A stretch of 29,090 nt of DNA from Candidatus Poribacteria bacterium (GCA_046582655.1 JAYGDX010000320.1:1-29090); one strand, 5' to 3'; counted from the first letter of the stretch, positions 8,683-18,707 are shown. The notes: generated by a model not told the origin, from the sequence alone. Translations and numbers: made by a program.

Positions 8683-8960
8683 GTCAGGCTAAGCTGAATC
8701 AAGCGGCAGACATCATCTTGCAACCGGGTGATATTGAAGTCCACCATCCGTTCATTATTCATGGTAGTGAAACCAATACTTCAAACAAACAGAGGGCAGC
8801 CTTACCGATGCGCTACATTCCGACAAGTCGTCTTTTTAGGCGAAACCTGGGCTTGTACCTGGTTATTGAAAAGGGAGGATCAGGGAGCAAAACACCAATG
8901 AGCCCCTTGGCCAACTTATAGGAAAGATATTGATTATGCCTTTGAGGGTGCCGAGGAATG
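8680..8960 (+). pseudogene. C-terminal remnant of a phytanoyl-CoA dioxygenase (PhyH) gene
   Basis: LQPGDIEVHHPFIIHGSETNTSNKQRAALPMRYIPTS is present, but the N-terminal half and the HxD motif are missing. Confidence 0.8.
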
Positions 8961-9250
8961 ACAGTAAAAAATGATCCGCCATATCAACTAGACGAGTGCT
9001 AACTTGGCCCAATTATATTCCAATCAGACAATCAATCTCAGCCAAGATCAAATCAGGGAGATTAAGTAGGTCCAAAATAGATACACGAGGTGATCCCATT
9101 GAAATCAAAGTTGGCCAGCAAAAGCAGTTATTCATTGACGATTACGTGGAGGCCGATTATCCGGATGCCATAGATGGGGCATTTGGGAACCACTCGTATC
9201 AAGCTAACCGAACTGGGCTAACTGCAAATTCGTATAGACAGGAGGTGTTC

Positions 9251-10054
9251 ATGACGACAATTCGTATAAACCTGAGGCAGAACAATAAGATGACCAAAAC
9301 CGAATGGCAGGAACTGGAGGAGATTGGTTATGTTCGGCTGGGCGTGGTACTGCCAGAAGCACAGATCGACCGACTTTGCCAACGCATCGATGAGATTATG
9401 TTAGGCACAATTCGCTATGAAGGGATGGGGATGCAGCTTTGCCCTTCCGCGCCCGGGGCAGGGCCGACAACCAGTTTTTCCGCAGAACACAAGGGCAGTT
9501 CGCTGAAGTACCGGAAAATTCAGGAGATGGAGATGGATCCATTGTTTCTGAAATACATCCAGCATCCGCTCTTCAGGGACATCACACGAAAGAAGATTGG
9601 CGAGAAAGTCGGCGTGTTTAGGTCCATGTTTTTTAACAAACCGGCTGGCGGCGGCGTGCCTCTCGGTTGGCATCAGGATGGGCGAAATTGGAACCTGAGC
9701 ATTCCTGAAGAGATTACGGTCTATACCGCATTGGACGCACAAACACGAGAAAACGGCTGTCTGACAGTGATCCCTTATTCACACAAAGAATGTCCCATCC
9801 ACACGGTCCGCAAAGAGGGAGAGATTCAAAAGTACGCTCCGGAAGAAAAGCGGGTTTACATGGAAATGAACAAGGGCGAAGTCATCCTGTTAAAAATAAA
9901 GCTGCTACATTCTTCCCTTGTAAATACCACGGACCGTCCCCGTCGCGCCTTCAGCATTGCTTTTATTGATGGGGATACATACTGCACGATTTCCGGTGAA
10001 CGCTATCCGCAGGTGTTGCCGGAATACCATCCGGTGGAAAAGCAGCGGAGTTGA
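9251..10054 (+). CDS. Phytanoyl-CoA dioxygenase family (Fe(II)/2OG) protein
   Basis: FFNKPAGGG..WHQD, ENGCLTVIPYSH and LLHSSLVNTTDRPRR. An AGGAGG RBS precedes ATG 9251, so the longer 8996 start was not used. Confidence 0.9.
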   Translation: MTTIRINLRQNNKMTKTEWQELEEIGYVRLGVVLPEAQIDRLCQRIDEIMLGTIRYEGMGMQLCPSAPGAGPTTSFSAEHKGSSLKYRKIQEMEMDPLFLKYIQHPLFRDITRKKIGEKVGVFRSMFFNKPAGGGVPLGWHQDGRNWNLSIPEEITVYTALDAQTRENGCLTVIPYSHKECPIHTVRKEGEIQKYAPEEKRVYMEMNKGEVILLKIKLLHSSLVNTTDRPRRAFSIAFIDGDTYCTISGERYPQVLPEYHPVEKQRS

Positions 10055-10133
10055 GTTGTTCTTGTACCAACGGCGGTTCCTGCATACCATCTCATCGACA
10101 CCTCAAGTACCGTTGAAACAGAAAGGAGACATC

Positions 10134-11684
10134 ATGAATAGGGGAAATATTGCTCGGCGACCGAACATCGTTCTCATCATGGCAGACGACCTGGGCTTTT
10201 GTGATCTGGGTTGTTACGGTGGTGAAATCCACACCCCCAACCTGGACCGGCTGGCTCAGAAAGGGGTTAGGTTCACTCATTTTTACAACAACGCCGTCTG
10301 TGTGGCCACGCGCGCCTCCCTTCTGACAGGACTCTACTGCCACCAGGTCGGAAAAAAACTCGGCGGTCAGCTTCAGGCAGGGAGCAATAACGTGACTTTC
10401 GCCGAAGTTCTGAAGGAGGCGGGCTATCGTACGCTGATGGTTGGCAAATGGCACAGTGGGCACGGAAACGGCGAAAAACCAGTGGATCGGGGTTTCGAGC
10501 GATATTGGGGGCTGCTGTCCGGATGCAGCAACTACTTCAATCCCGGGCAAAAACGTCGCGGTGAACCGGAGCCAGTCCACAAGTCGCCGCACGACATGAG
10601 GCCGTGGGGAGATGACGACAGGGTGATGCTCCCCTACACGCCTGAGGATCCCAATTTCTACTCCACCGATGCCTTCACTCAGCACGCCCTAGACTTCCTT
10701 GATCAGTATGGCAGAGAGGATCGGCCTTTTCTTTTGTACATGGCCCATGCGGCGCCTCATTTTCCAATGCAGGCCTGGCCGCAGGACATTGCGCACTATC
10801 AGGGTAACTACATGATGGGTTGGGATGAGCTCAGAAAGCAGCGGTACCAACGGTTGGTGGACATGGGGTTGATTGATGAAAAATGGGGCAGATCGGAAAG
10901 AGACGATGCCTCTCCTGAGTGGGAAGGGGCAACCAACAAAGAACGCTGGGACCGCAAGATGGCTGTATACGCGGCGATGGTTGATCGAATGGATCAGGGT
11001 ATCGGTAAAGTGTTGGACAAAATCAGGGTACTGGGCCAGGAGGACAACACTCTAGTTCTGTTTCTCTCGGACAACGGAGGCTGTGGTGAAAACATCGACA
11101 ACACGCCGGACAGAGCCCCCGGTGATGTTAACACCTATACCACCGTCGATGCTCCCTGGGCAAACGCTAGCAACACACCATTTCGCAAATACAAAGCCTT
11201 CGATCACGAAGGTGGCATCTCCACACCTCTCATAGCCTACTGGCCCAATGTGATTGAGCCTGGCACCATCACGCACCAGATAGGACACGTCATCGATTTC
11301 CTTCCCACCTTTGCGGAACTGGGAGGAGCAAACTACCCGTCGCACTTCAACGGTCACGACATTCTGCCTCTGGAGGGCAAGAGCCTAGCTCCTACCTTGC
11401 GCGGCGAAGAGAGGCAGGGGCACGATAGCCTCTTTTGGGAGCTGGCTAAATGCCGCGCCGTGAGGAAGGGCAACTGGAAGGCAGTAAGCCTGGGTCCGGA
11501 GCGTAAGGGTTATGGCGGCCACTACATTCCGGCAGGTTACGAGAACTGGGAGCTCTACAATATGGAAGCCGACCGCTGCGAACTGAATGACCTCTCGAGC
11601 AAGCACCCGGAAATTGTCAAAGAGCTAGATAGAATGTGGCACAAGTGGTTCGAGCGCTGTCAGAGAGATAAGGCTGAACAGTAA
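10134..11684 (+). CDS. Arylsulfatase (Cys-type, S1 family)
   Basis: RPNIVLIMADDLG, CVATRASLLTG, GKWH, APHFP and SDNG. An AAAGGAG RBS precedes ATG 10134. Confidence 0.93.
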   Translation: MNRGNIARRPNIVLIMADDLGFCDLGCYGGEIHTPNLDRLAQKGVRFTHFYNNAVCVATRASLLTGLYCHQVGKKLGGQLQAGSNNVTFAEVLKEAGYRTLMVGKWHSGHGNGEKPVDRGFERYWGLLSGCSNYFNPGQKRRGEPEPVHKSPHDMRPWGDDDRVMLPYTPEDPNFYSTDAFTQHALDFLDQYGREDRPFLLYMAHAAPHFPMQAWPQDIAHYQGNYMMGWDELRKQRYQRLVDMGLIDEKWGRSERDDASPEWEGATNKERWDRKMAVYAAMVDRMDQGIGKVLDKIRVLGQEDNTLVLFLSDNGGCGENIDNTPDRAPGDVNTYTTVDAPWANASNTPFRKYKAFDHEGGISTPLIAYWPNVIEPGTITHQIGHVIDFLPTFAELGGANYPSHFNGHDILPLEGKSLAPTLRGEERQGHDSLFWELAKCRAVRKGNWKAVSLGPERKGYGGHYIPAGYENWELYNMEADRCELNDLSSKHPEIVKELDRMWHKWFERCQRDKAEQ

Positions 11685-11718
11685 CGGTAGTGGATCATCG
11701 CCGTTTTTCTGTTTTTTG
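11683..11718 (+). terminator. Possible intrinsic terminator after the sulfatase
   Basis: Imperfect AACGG...CCGTT stem followed by T-rich tracts. Confidence 0.4.
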
Positions 11719-12007
11719 TGTTATGATGCTCTGCTATCGAAGCAACTGCTGTGGACGATTATTTCATCGCTGGGCAGTTTGACTAAATGGCTCTAAACTC
11801 TGAGTGATGGTGGGGCATGCTGTCAAGTATGAACGTAATTATAAGATACCAGCACGAGGGGCAAACCGCCTACGGGGTATCGGGGATTAGTCGGCACCCC
11901 AATAGTTGTTACCCTTTTCCGAACCAATTGAGAACAGAGGTTGACATCGCTAAGGACGCACGGATCTGGCCAATTTTTATTCTAACCTTATTACTTAAAC
12001 AACCACT

Positions 12008-14842
12008 ATGAATAAATCAAATCCAACCGTTACTGACCAGTCAAGGTTAATAACTCTTCTCCTTCTGCTATGTTTCTTCCTAACGATGGTGGGAAACACA
12101 CAAACACCTCCTGACATGCTTTGGCCAACATATCGGGGTAATCAAGCACGCAATGGAATTTCACCCCTGCTAGGCGGAATGTCAGAGACACCGGAAATAC
12201 TATGGTCAGTCGATTTAGGAGGTGAGCGAACCACAGCTGAGAAAATTCAATTTTCCGACTTAGATCGAGACGGAGATGAAGAACTCATAAAAGCAGGTCG
12301 TAACTATGTTGTTTGTGAGTCGTTGTTGGGTCAGAAACTATGGAAGATAGATAACCTTCATAACCCTAGTATTATTGGATTTTATGATTTTAACCAGTCT
12401 GGACGCCAGTCAATTCTTATTGAAACTAACGATTTTAAGGAAATCCAATCGATGGTGATCGATGGCATTTCAGGACAAGCCTATGAACTGTATCGGCGAC
12501 AGAGTGCTTTTGGCTATAGGTATAAAGTTGCAAACTTCATACAAAACACTCCAGGGCAGCAATTAATGGTAGTCTGGGATGGGTGGGGAGCAGCCGGACA
12601 GGGGCAACAATTATACCTATATTTGTGGCAATTTGACACACATTCCAATAAGCCCAAACAGCTACTTTCTATTCATGAATCCGGTAATATATTTGGTGCC
12701 CAAGCACTTATTGCTGATCTAGAAAATGATGGTAGTGCTGAGTTAATCATTATTAGTATGCAACAGGCTTGGGTCTACGATTTACCCACGGGTAAGCCAA
12801 AGAACAAGTATGCTTGGTCTACAGGAATTCGGACTTATTCTGCTTATATTGACGCACGGCAGATTAATAGTGTCAACGGACTTGTTTGCAGCCTAATTAA
12901 TCCTCATATTCCAGGGGTTCAAGTGATTACCTTGAAGCCTGACGGTACGACACAAATTTTATGGAAACAGGTGGTGGGCTCTCAAGAAGATCAGTACCAA
13001 CAGAAAGTTAAGATCAAACCAGCTATTCCTGAACCAATTCAAGATCTAGACGGCGATAATATCTCAGAAATGTTAGTGTCATTCACTACTGAAGAAGATA
13101 ACCATTCTAATCTAATTGTATTCAACAGTCAAACTGGAGAAAAGCTATATCAGTCAAAGGCTGAAATCCTGACGGTTGACGATTTAGATGGCCACCATGG
13201 ATTAGAAATTGTTTATACAGAAGGAAGAAAATTACATATAGGTCGATGGCAAGACAAAAGGCTAAAATCTATTTGGTCAGCGAATATGGCTGAACCAATA
13301 ATAAACACTATAAGGCCGGGGGCAATATCCACGTCAACTCCTGGTCAGTCGAAACTGAACCCCACATTGTGCCGCTCAGTTCAAGACCAATCATTGTTTG
13401 GTTTGAGGTTCGACCACCAAGAATGGTTCTGTCGTCTGAAGGCAGATAACTCTTTGGAAAAAGTGAGACGGGCTCTGCCTAGCCATCTATTAAACCCAAG
13501 CGATCTGCCCACGTCGGAGTTTAAACTCACCTATTCAATTGAAAACAACATTTTAACAGTAAAACGTAACACTAAGGTAATCTCTGCCCGACCAATACTA
13601 GAGCAACAAACCTATATGGCACCTCCAGCACTAGTAGATAAAACCCTAGGTTTTGGGATTCTAGTACGTGATTTTAAAGGCAATCTAATCCAGCTATCCC
13701 CAAACGGCGAAAAGGTAAAAACATGGATTGAACGAAGCCCTTCTCATCCACACAATTATGAAAACCATTTTTCTCAAGCTGAGTTTTGTGACTTAGATGG
13801 TGACGGCCAACATGAACTGCTGACGACGACCTCCGCCGGTTTGACTTCAGTAGGACGAGTTGTGGTCTTAGATGTGACGGGGAAAGAGAAGTTATCAGTT
13901 GAGGCATTTGACAATGCCACTGAAATTTGTTTGGGAGCAACAGGAATAATGGCCAAAGGTGGACGTTGGTTTACTGTGGCCTACCGATTTGCCAACGGAA
14001 ACCCATTAGAAGTTGCTTATGATGGGCAAACGGGTAAACCAATTTGGCAAAGAAACCAATATGGTGGTGAATTAGTCCGGTTTGGATATCCATGTCCCTC
14101 AATAGATTATGATGGGGATGGTAATCAAGATATGATTATTTCAGCTGGTAATTACTATGGGATTTTAGATGTCGTTAATAATCGTCATTTGGTAGGGCCA
14201 GTTTTATTAGGTCCAACACATTTATCTGGACACTGGTCAACACGATTTCGTCCGATACTAGTGCCTCAAAAAAGAGGGAATCCTGCTGTTTTTTTACATC
14301 GCAACAATGGGGTATCAGCACTACTCACATTAAGTGGCAATTATCGGTGGCACTACAGCTTATTGCCTCGTGATAACATGCCCTTTAATCAGGAAGGGAT
14401 AGCAGATTTGGATGGAGACGGCAATTTCGAGGTAGTCACAGCCCATCGAGATGGATTACTACGAGCATTTAACTCTCAGGCGAGTTCACAACTTTGTCCC
14501 ACTTGTGAACCCGGTACGGAGGTAACAATGTTTAATCGAGCAGCAGAAGAACGATGGACTTATAAGATTGCCGGAGCAATCAACCCTAGCGTCTACCGAT
14601 CCGACCAAGATTTTGTCTCTGTTGACTTAGATGGGGATGGTACGATGGAGGTCCTGATTGGCGATGGAGAGGGTACACTGCTGGCATTAAAAGAGCGAAA
14701 CGGGAGTTGCTCTACATTCTGGAAGGTACGTATAACCAATCGTAGGCTTGGCAGCCCAATTGTTGCGGATATCGATGGGGATGGTCGAGGTGAAATTCTC
14801 GTACCCTCAGAAGAAGGGTTGATGCATTGCCTAAAATTCTGA
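12008..14842 (+). CDS. Secreted FG-GAP/VCBS-like multi-propeller protein (944 aa)
   Basis: Signal peptide, WPTYRGNQARNG start, and nine D-(L/I/Y)-D-x-D-G-like motifs (e.g. DLDGDGQHE, DYDGDGNQD, DIDGDGRGE). Confidence 0.85.
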   Translation: MNKSNPTVTDQSRLITLLLLLCFFLTMVGNTQTPPDMLWPTYRGNQARNGISPLLGGMSETPEILWSVDLGGERTTAEKIQFSDLDRDGDEELIKAGRNYVVCESLLGQKLWKIDNLHNPSIIGFYDFNQSGRQSILIETNDFKEIQSMVIDGISGQAYELYRRQSAFGYRYKVANFIQNTPGQQLMVVWDGWGAAGQGQQLYLYLWQFDTHSNKPKQLLSIHESGNIFGAQALIADLENDGSAELIIISMQQAWVYDLPTGKPKNKYAWSTGIRTYSAYIDARQINSVNGLVCSLINPHIPGVQVITLKPDGTTQILWKQVVGSQEDQYQQKVKIKPAIPEPIQDLDGDNISEMLVSFTTEEDNHSNLIVFNSQTGEKLYQSKAEILTVDDLDGHHGLEIVYTEGRKLHIGRWQDKRLKSIWSANMAEPIINTIRPGAISTSTPGQSKLNPTLCRSVQDQSLFGLRFDHQEWFCRLKADNSLEKVRRALPSHLLNPSDLPTSEFKLTYSIENNILTVKRNTKVISARPILEQQTYMAPPALVDKTLGFGILVRDFKGNLIQLSPNGEKVKTWIERSPSHPHNYENHFSQAEFCDLDGDGQHELLTTTSAGLTSVGRVVVLDVTGKEKLSVEAFDNATEICLGATGIMAKGGRWFTVAYRFANGNPLEVAYDGQTGKPIWQRNQYGGELVRFGYPCPSIDYDGDGNQDMIISAGNYYGILDVVNNRHLVGPVLLGPTHLSGHWSTRFRPILVPQKRGNPAVFLHRNNGVSALLTLSGNYRWHYSLLPRDNMPFNQEGIADLDGDGNFEVVTAHRDGLLRAFNSQASSQLCPTCEPGTEVTMFNRAAEERWTYKIAGAINPSVYRSDQDFVSVDLDGDGTMEVLIGDGEGTLLALKERNGSCSTFWKVRITNRRLGSPIVADIDGDGRGEILVPSEEGLMHCLKF

Positions 14843-14879
14843 CCCATTAGTTATCTTAGCTAGTGGGGTCTCCTTTGTC

Positions 14880-14953
14880 TGGTAAGTTTTCTGTCATAGT
14901 TATGTCTTATCGTCTGTCGATTCTGTGACTTGGTAGTATGCTTATGATTACCA
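14880..14953. repeat. Intergenic element copy 2
   Basis: GGTAAGTTTTCTGTCATA...GGTAGTATGCTTATGATTACC; compare 6889-6986. Confidence 0.6.
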
Positions 14954-15235
14954 TCTCACTACATTTTGGTCACAACATTTCCACCAAATCCTCCCAGAAT
15001 TCCGCTAAGCCACAGGACATACGGCGAGAGGGGTAATTTGACCTCGTGAAAATTAAGGTTCGATAAAGTGGATTATTGGACATTACTTGACATTTCTGCC
15101 TGGAAAGATTTTATTCACGCGCGCTAATTCCTTCGTGGTTTCGTAAAGTTTTTTGTCTGTCAATTTCGCCGATGTCCTTAGATATTTCTTTCTACCACGC
15201 CGCGACCCCCTATCAACCATTGAAATCTAAATGAA

Positions 15236-15343
15236 TCCTCACCTAAAGATACCGTCAGAGAGTTTGAGGAAAAGTAGTAGATATACTAACAAGATTTTCA
15301 ACCTAACACCCCTCAAACTGTCTAAGGAGTGAGGGGCTTTTTT
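15236..15343 (+). promoter_or_regulatory. Candidate transcription attenuator (three mutually exclusive stems plus a U-tract)
   Basis: Stems 15236-41/15265-70, 15257-69/15311-23 (12 of 13 paired) and 15309-15/15330-36, the last followed by CTTTTTT. Confidence 0.5.
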
Positions 15344-15594
15344 GATCCGTGATTTTAGGCTTTACATTTTCGGCGTTTTAGGTCAAAATGGAGGGCATTG
15401 TTGTTATGCCTTGCCCTTGAATGAAAAAACGAGCGTCGTTCTCACAGCAAATAACTCTGAAGAAAGCAGGTAGTGGGGAGTATACTGCTACGACGGGCAA
15501 AACTTCATAACCCCGACGACAGTGACCCGCTGAAGGTTCGAACTTCGTTTCATTCGATTATTTTCTGAATCCATACGGAATTGGAGGTCATAAA

Positions 15595-16347
15595 ATGAAA
15601 GCAAGATTTGTTCTCGTTTTCGTGATGATGACAGCTTTTGCCACATCAAGAGATGCTGTTGCAGAAATCGTCGGTCTCTGGCTTTTAAACGAGGACAAAG
15701 GTGACATTGCTTTTGACTCATCCGGCAGGGGGCACGACGGCAAAATTACAGATGGGAAATGGGTCGATGGGAAGTTCGATAAAGCCTTACAATTTAAAGA
15801 TGGTACCCACATGGAGGTTAATGACCATGAGGACTTTCACTTTAAAACTGAGTTTTCGGTTGCGCTTTGGGCGAATATTGAGGACCTACCTAAAAACCAT
15901 GTTGGCATACCCGGAAAGGGGCATGATGCACCAATTGGTTCTTTCGTCTTCCATCCCACCAAGCTCAATGCGAAGGAATTCGAGTTGCGTTTTTATATCA
16001 GCAAAGGGGGCGATTGGCCTTCGGTAAAGTCTGGCGCGATTCCCTTTGGGAAATGGCATCACCTTGCCGGAACCTACGACGGGTCGGAATTGAAAGTCTA
16101 TGTCGATGGGAAACTTGCGGCAAAAGGACCCCAAAAAGGGAAAATCAACATTTCGAAGGGTGCGCCTTTTAAGTTTGCTCACGACTGCTGCGGTCAGCGA
16201 ACGATTGTAGGAATCCTTGACGAGATACAGATCGCGAATTCTCCGTTGACGCAAGATGAGATCAAGAAGTCGATAGAGGGTATCAATTTAGCCGTCGAAC
16301 CTTCTGACAAGCTGGCGACTACCTGGGGCACAATCAAAAGCAGGTAA
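15595..16347 (+). CDS. Secreted LamG / concanavalin A-like domain protein with TWG tail
   Basis: AFDSSGRGHDG, GKFDKALQF, WHHLAGTYDGSELKVYVDG and GILDEIQI. GGAGG RBS. Tail AVEPSDKLATTWGTIKSR. Confidence 0.92.
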   Translation: MKARFVLVFVMMTAFATSRDAVAEIVGLWLLNEDKGDIAFDSSGRGHDGKITDGKWVDGKFDKALQFKDGTHMEVNDHEDFHFKTEFSVALWANIEDLPKNHVGIPGKGHDAPIGSFVFHPTKLNAKEFELRFYISKGGDWPSVKSGAIPFGKWHHLAGTYDGSELKVYVDGKLAAKGPQKGKINISKGAPFKFAHDCCGQRTIVGILDEIQIANSPLTQDEIKKSIEGINLAVEPSDKLATTWGTIKSR

Positions 16348-16623
16348 TGAATTAGCGTAGTGGGGGGTAAATCTACGAGGCTATAATGAGGGGCAAGATC
16401 CCCAAAGCGCCCTCACGATGAACTCGTCGAGAATCAACTCCATGTTTGAGTCCTCTCTGTTGTTGTTTCCACTCAGAAAACCCTTTGAAAAACCACTGTC
16501 ATGTAACCGTGGTATGACACTTTTATCAGTCAAGGGGAGTATTTCCAAGTTTCAGGGTTTATCTGTTTCTACCGGTTATATCTCAAGTCTTTAGAGTATA
16601 GAAAGTAGCCAGTAGGATGTTAC

Positions 16624-17574
16624 CTATTTATATCCGTATTTAATATGTCCCCATGTTGCTGGTAGTTTTCCTGTTAGATTAACTGATGCCGTTGTACTGA
16701 AGATTATATCGCCTAGCACGCTAGGACTATTATCATTTTCAAAATCGCTTGACCAGGCCATTGCACCACCTTTTGGAGGCTCATAAACGGGGTCAACATC
16801 CATGACTGTGATGTCAAAGCCGATGATGTCCCCATCTGTTGGTTTAATGCGTTTGCCATAGAAGTGATCGAAGATATCCCAGGGCAGTCTCACTTCAAAT
16901 GTATAGCTATTGCCTGATCGTTTGGCCATGATATGCCCGTTAGCTGGGTTATTCAACTTTGGTTCGGCCACTTGTCCATCTTTCTTCCAAGCCGCACCAG
17001 CCACGCGAGCAGTTAACGGTGCGATCTCCCAAAAAGTATCGTCAGCTTCGTAACTACTCAGTCCAGCTACCTGGGCGGTATTAAACTTCTTATTTGGTAA
17101 ATTCTTTACTGGCGCATCATGCTTGGTGTCAAAGCAAAGCCAATATCCTTCAAAGTTACGACTATTTCGGCCATCATACGGCGGCTTGATTTCGTTGATG
17201 TCATCATCAATAGTCTCAAAAGCAAAGTAGAGATTGTCATCATCCCACATAGTCATCCAGGTAACCTTAAGATCTTTATCACCATCGATTTGACCGCGGC
17301 TGACTCGCAACCCCCCCTTATTGGTATTACTGCCTTTCCCGCCACCAGCAATAATCTGATACCAACCCTGAGGTCTGGTAGTTATTTCTTGAGCAAGTGA
17401 CCTGACAACATTCCATTCTGTCAAGTCACCGTCAATCTTAATGTTACCTCTTCGCGGGGCGCTAATAGCTTCTCCACCAGAATGTGCTTGCCCATCTGTT
17501 ACATCCAGAACAATCCACATGGCAACCATAATGAGTAGGAATAGCGGTTTTGACCTAAGCGATATAAGACTCAT
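16624..17574 (-). CDS. Secreted CBM9-like (DOMON-like) sugar-binding protein with TWG tail
   Basis: IKIDGDLTEW, MWDDDNLYFAF, YTFEVRLPW and IGFDITVMDVD. AGGAGG RBS. Confidence 0.85.
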   Translation of the reverse strand: MSLISLRSKPLFLLIMVAMWIVLDVTDGQAHSGGEAISAPRRGNIKIDGDLTEWNVVRSLAQEITTRPQGWYQIIAGGGKGSNTNKGGLRVSRGQIDGDKDLKVTWMTMWDDDNLYFAFETIDDDINEIKPPYDGRNSRNFEGYWLCFDTKHDAPVKNLPNKKFNTAQVAGLSSYEADDTFWEIAPLTARVAGAAWKKDGQVAEPKLNNPANGHIMAKRSGNSYTFEVRLPWDIFDHFYGKRIKPTDGDIIGFDITVMDVDPVYEPPKGGAMAWSSDFENDNSPSVLGDIIFSTTASVNLTGKLPATWGHIKYGYK

Positions 17575-17651
17575 CAGATATCCTCCTTTTTACAATAAAT
17601 GGGATTTTCCATCATATCTGATTGCCGATATCTAACAGGTTAATGTGAATC

Positions 17652-18707
17652 TCAGTATTTATTCTTAATTCGACTCCAAGTTGTAGGCAACTTACTGGTG
17701 GGATTTACGGATGTCCCGACCGAAATTAACTCGGTTGAAATGGTGAGATCACCTAACACGCCTGGGCTATTGTCATTTTCAAAATCACTGGACCAAGCAA
17801 CTGCACCGCCTTCTGGTGCTGAGAACTTACCAGGTGGATCACCATCAATATCCGTCAGTGTGATATCGAAACCGATTACTGTTCCAGGCAGAAGTAATCC
17901 TCCAGAAAAGGGCTTAAAAACGGTCCAAGGTAAACGTATTTCGGCTGTGTATCCAGTGTTGGTTATTCGACCAGCAACATGCTTGTTAGCCGGGTTGTTT
18001 AAAATAGGATCTGCCCCTGCATCCAATGCCTGCGACCAACTCGCACCGGCACCTCGACCAGTCAATGGAGCGAAGATCCAATAGTGATCGTCTGCTTCAT
18101 AAGTACTCTCGCTAGCAACCTTTTTTGTCTCAAATTTGTGTTTTGGAAAAACAGTTTTAGGGGCATCATGCTTGGTATCAAATAGCAACCAGATTCCATC
18201 GATATCCCCGTCTCGCGCTTCGTAATTTCTTTTGTAGAGATGTACACTATCATCAGCAACATTGAAGGCGAAATAGAGATAATCGTCATCCCATAGGGTT
18301 GCCCAACGTACAAGGAAATCATCGTTACCATCAAATTGACCGCGACTGACCCGCAATCCACCCTTATTGGTATTACTGCCTCCGCCTCCACCAGCAATAA
18401 TCTGATACCAATCCTGACCATGTGCCCGAGGGTCGACAGCAATATCTTGAGTTGGTGACGATTGGGCGAATGCTGCTACCCATGCCGGTTCTTTCGGAAT
18501 TCCGTCAATATTAATAGGAGTTGCGGTCTTTTTACTCATTACCAGTCCACCAGAGTGTCCTATTACGGATACAGTGGGTAATACCAAGAAGATTACCCCG
18601 ATAATGGCCAAAACAGCCAGTGAATGGGCATGACGAAGTCGTTTCTGCGCATCCGCTTTTTGCCTTTTCTCTTTTATTTTACCTTCATTCATGATTAGCA
18701 TCTCCAC
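17652..18707 (-). CDS. Secreted CBM9-like sugar-binding protein (paralogue) with TWG-type tail
   Basis: INIDG...W, LWDDDYLYFAFNVADD, YTAEIRLPW and IGFDITLTDID. The start is uncertain and may be a later Met. Confidence 0.85.
   Translation of the reverse strand: MEMLIMNEGKIKEKRQKADAQKRLRHAHSLAVLAIIGVIFLVLPTVSVIGHSGGLVMSKKTATPINIDGIPKEPAWVAAFAQSSPTQDIAVDPRAHGQDWYQIIAGGGGGSNTNKGGLRVSRGQFDGNDDFLVRWATLWDDDYLYFAFNVADDSVHLYKRNYEARDGDIDGIWLLFDTKHDAPKTVFPKHKFETKKVASESTYEADDHYWIFAPLTGRGAGASWSQALDAGADPILNNPANKHVAGRITNTGYTAEIRLPWTVFKPFSGGLLLPGTVIGFDITLTDIDGDPPGKFSAPEGGAVAWSSDFENDNSPGVLGDLTISTELISVGTSVNPTSKLPTTWSRIKNKY

Noticed and set aside
8996..9250. N-terminal extension of the PhyH ORF as a real fusion
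   Set aside because: There is a strong RBS at 9251, and the extension looks like read-through across a gene scrap.
9957..10133. N-terminal extension of the sulfatase containing RR (possible Tat signal)
   Set aside because: It overlaps the PhyH gene and has no hydrophobic core; an RBS supports ATG 10134.
15505..15560. PT-x6-FELRF peptide echo of the LamG gene, considered as a DGR template repeat
   Set aside because: The nucleotide differences are not adenine-specific, identity is low, and there is no reverse transcriptase in the window.
16497..16519. TGTCAT-N11-ATGACA inverted repeat between convergent genes
   Set aside because: A short single instance with no U-tract; it cannot be distinguished from chance.
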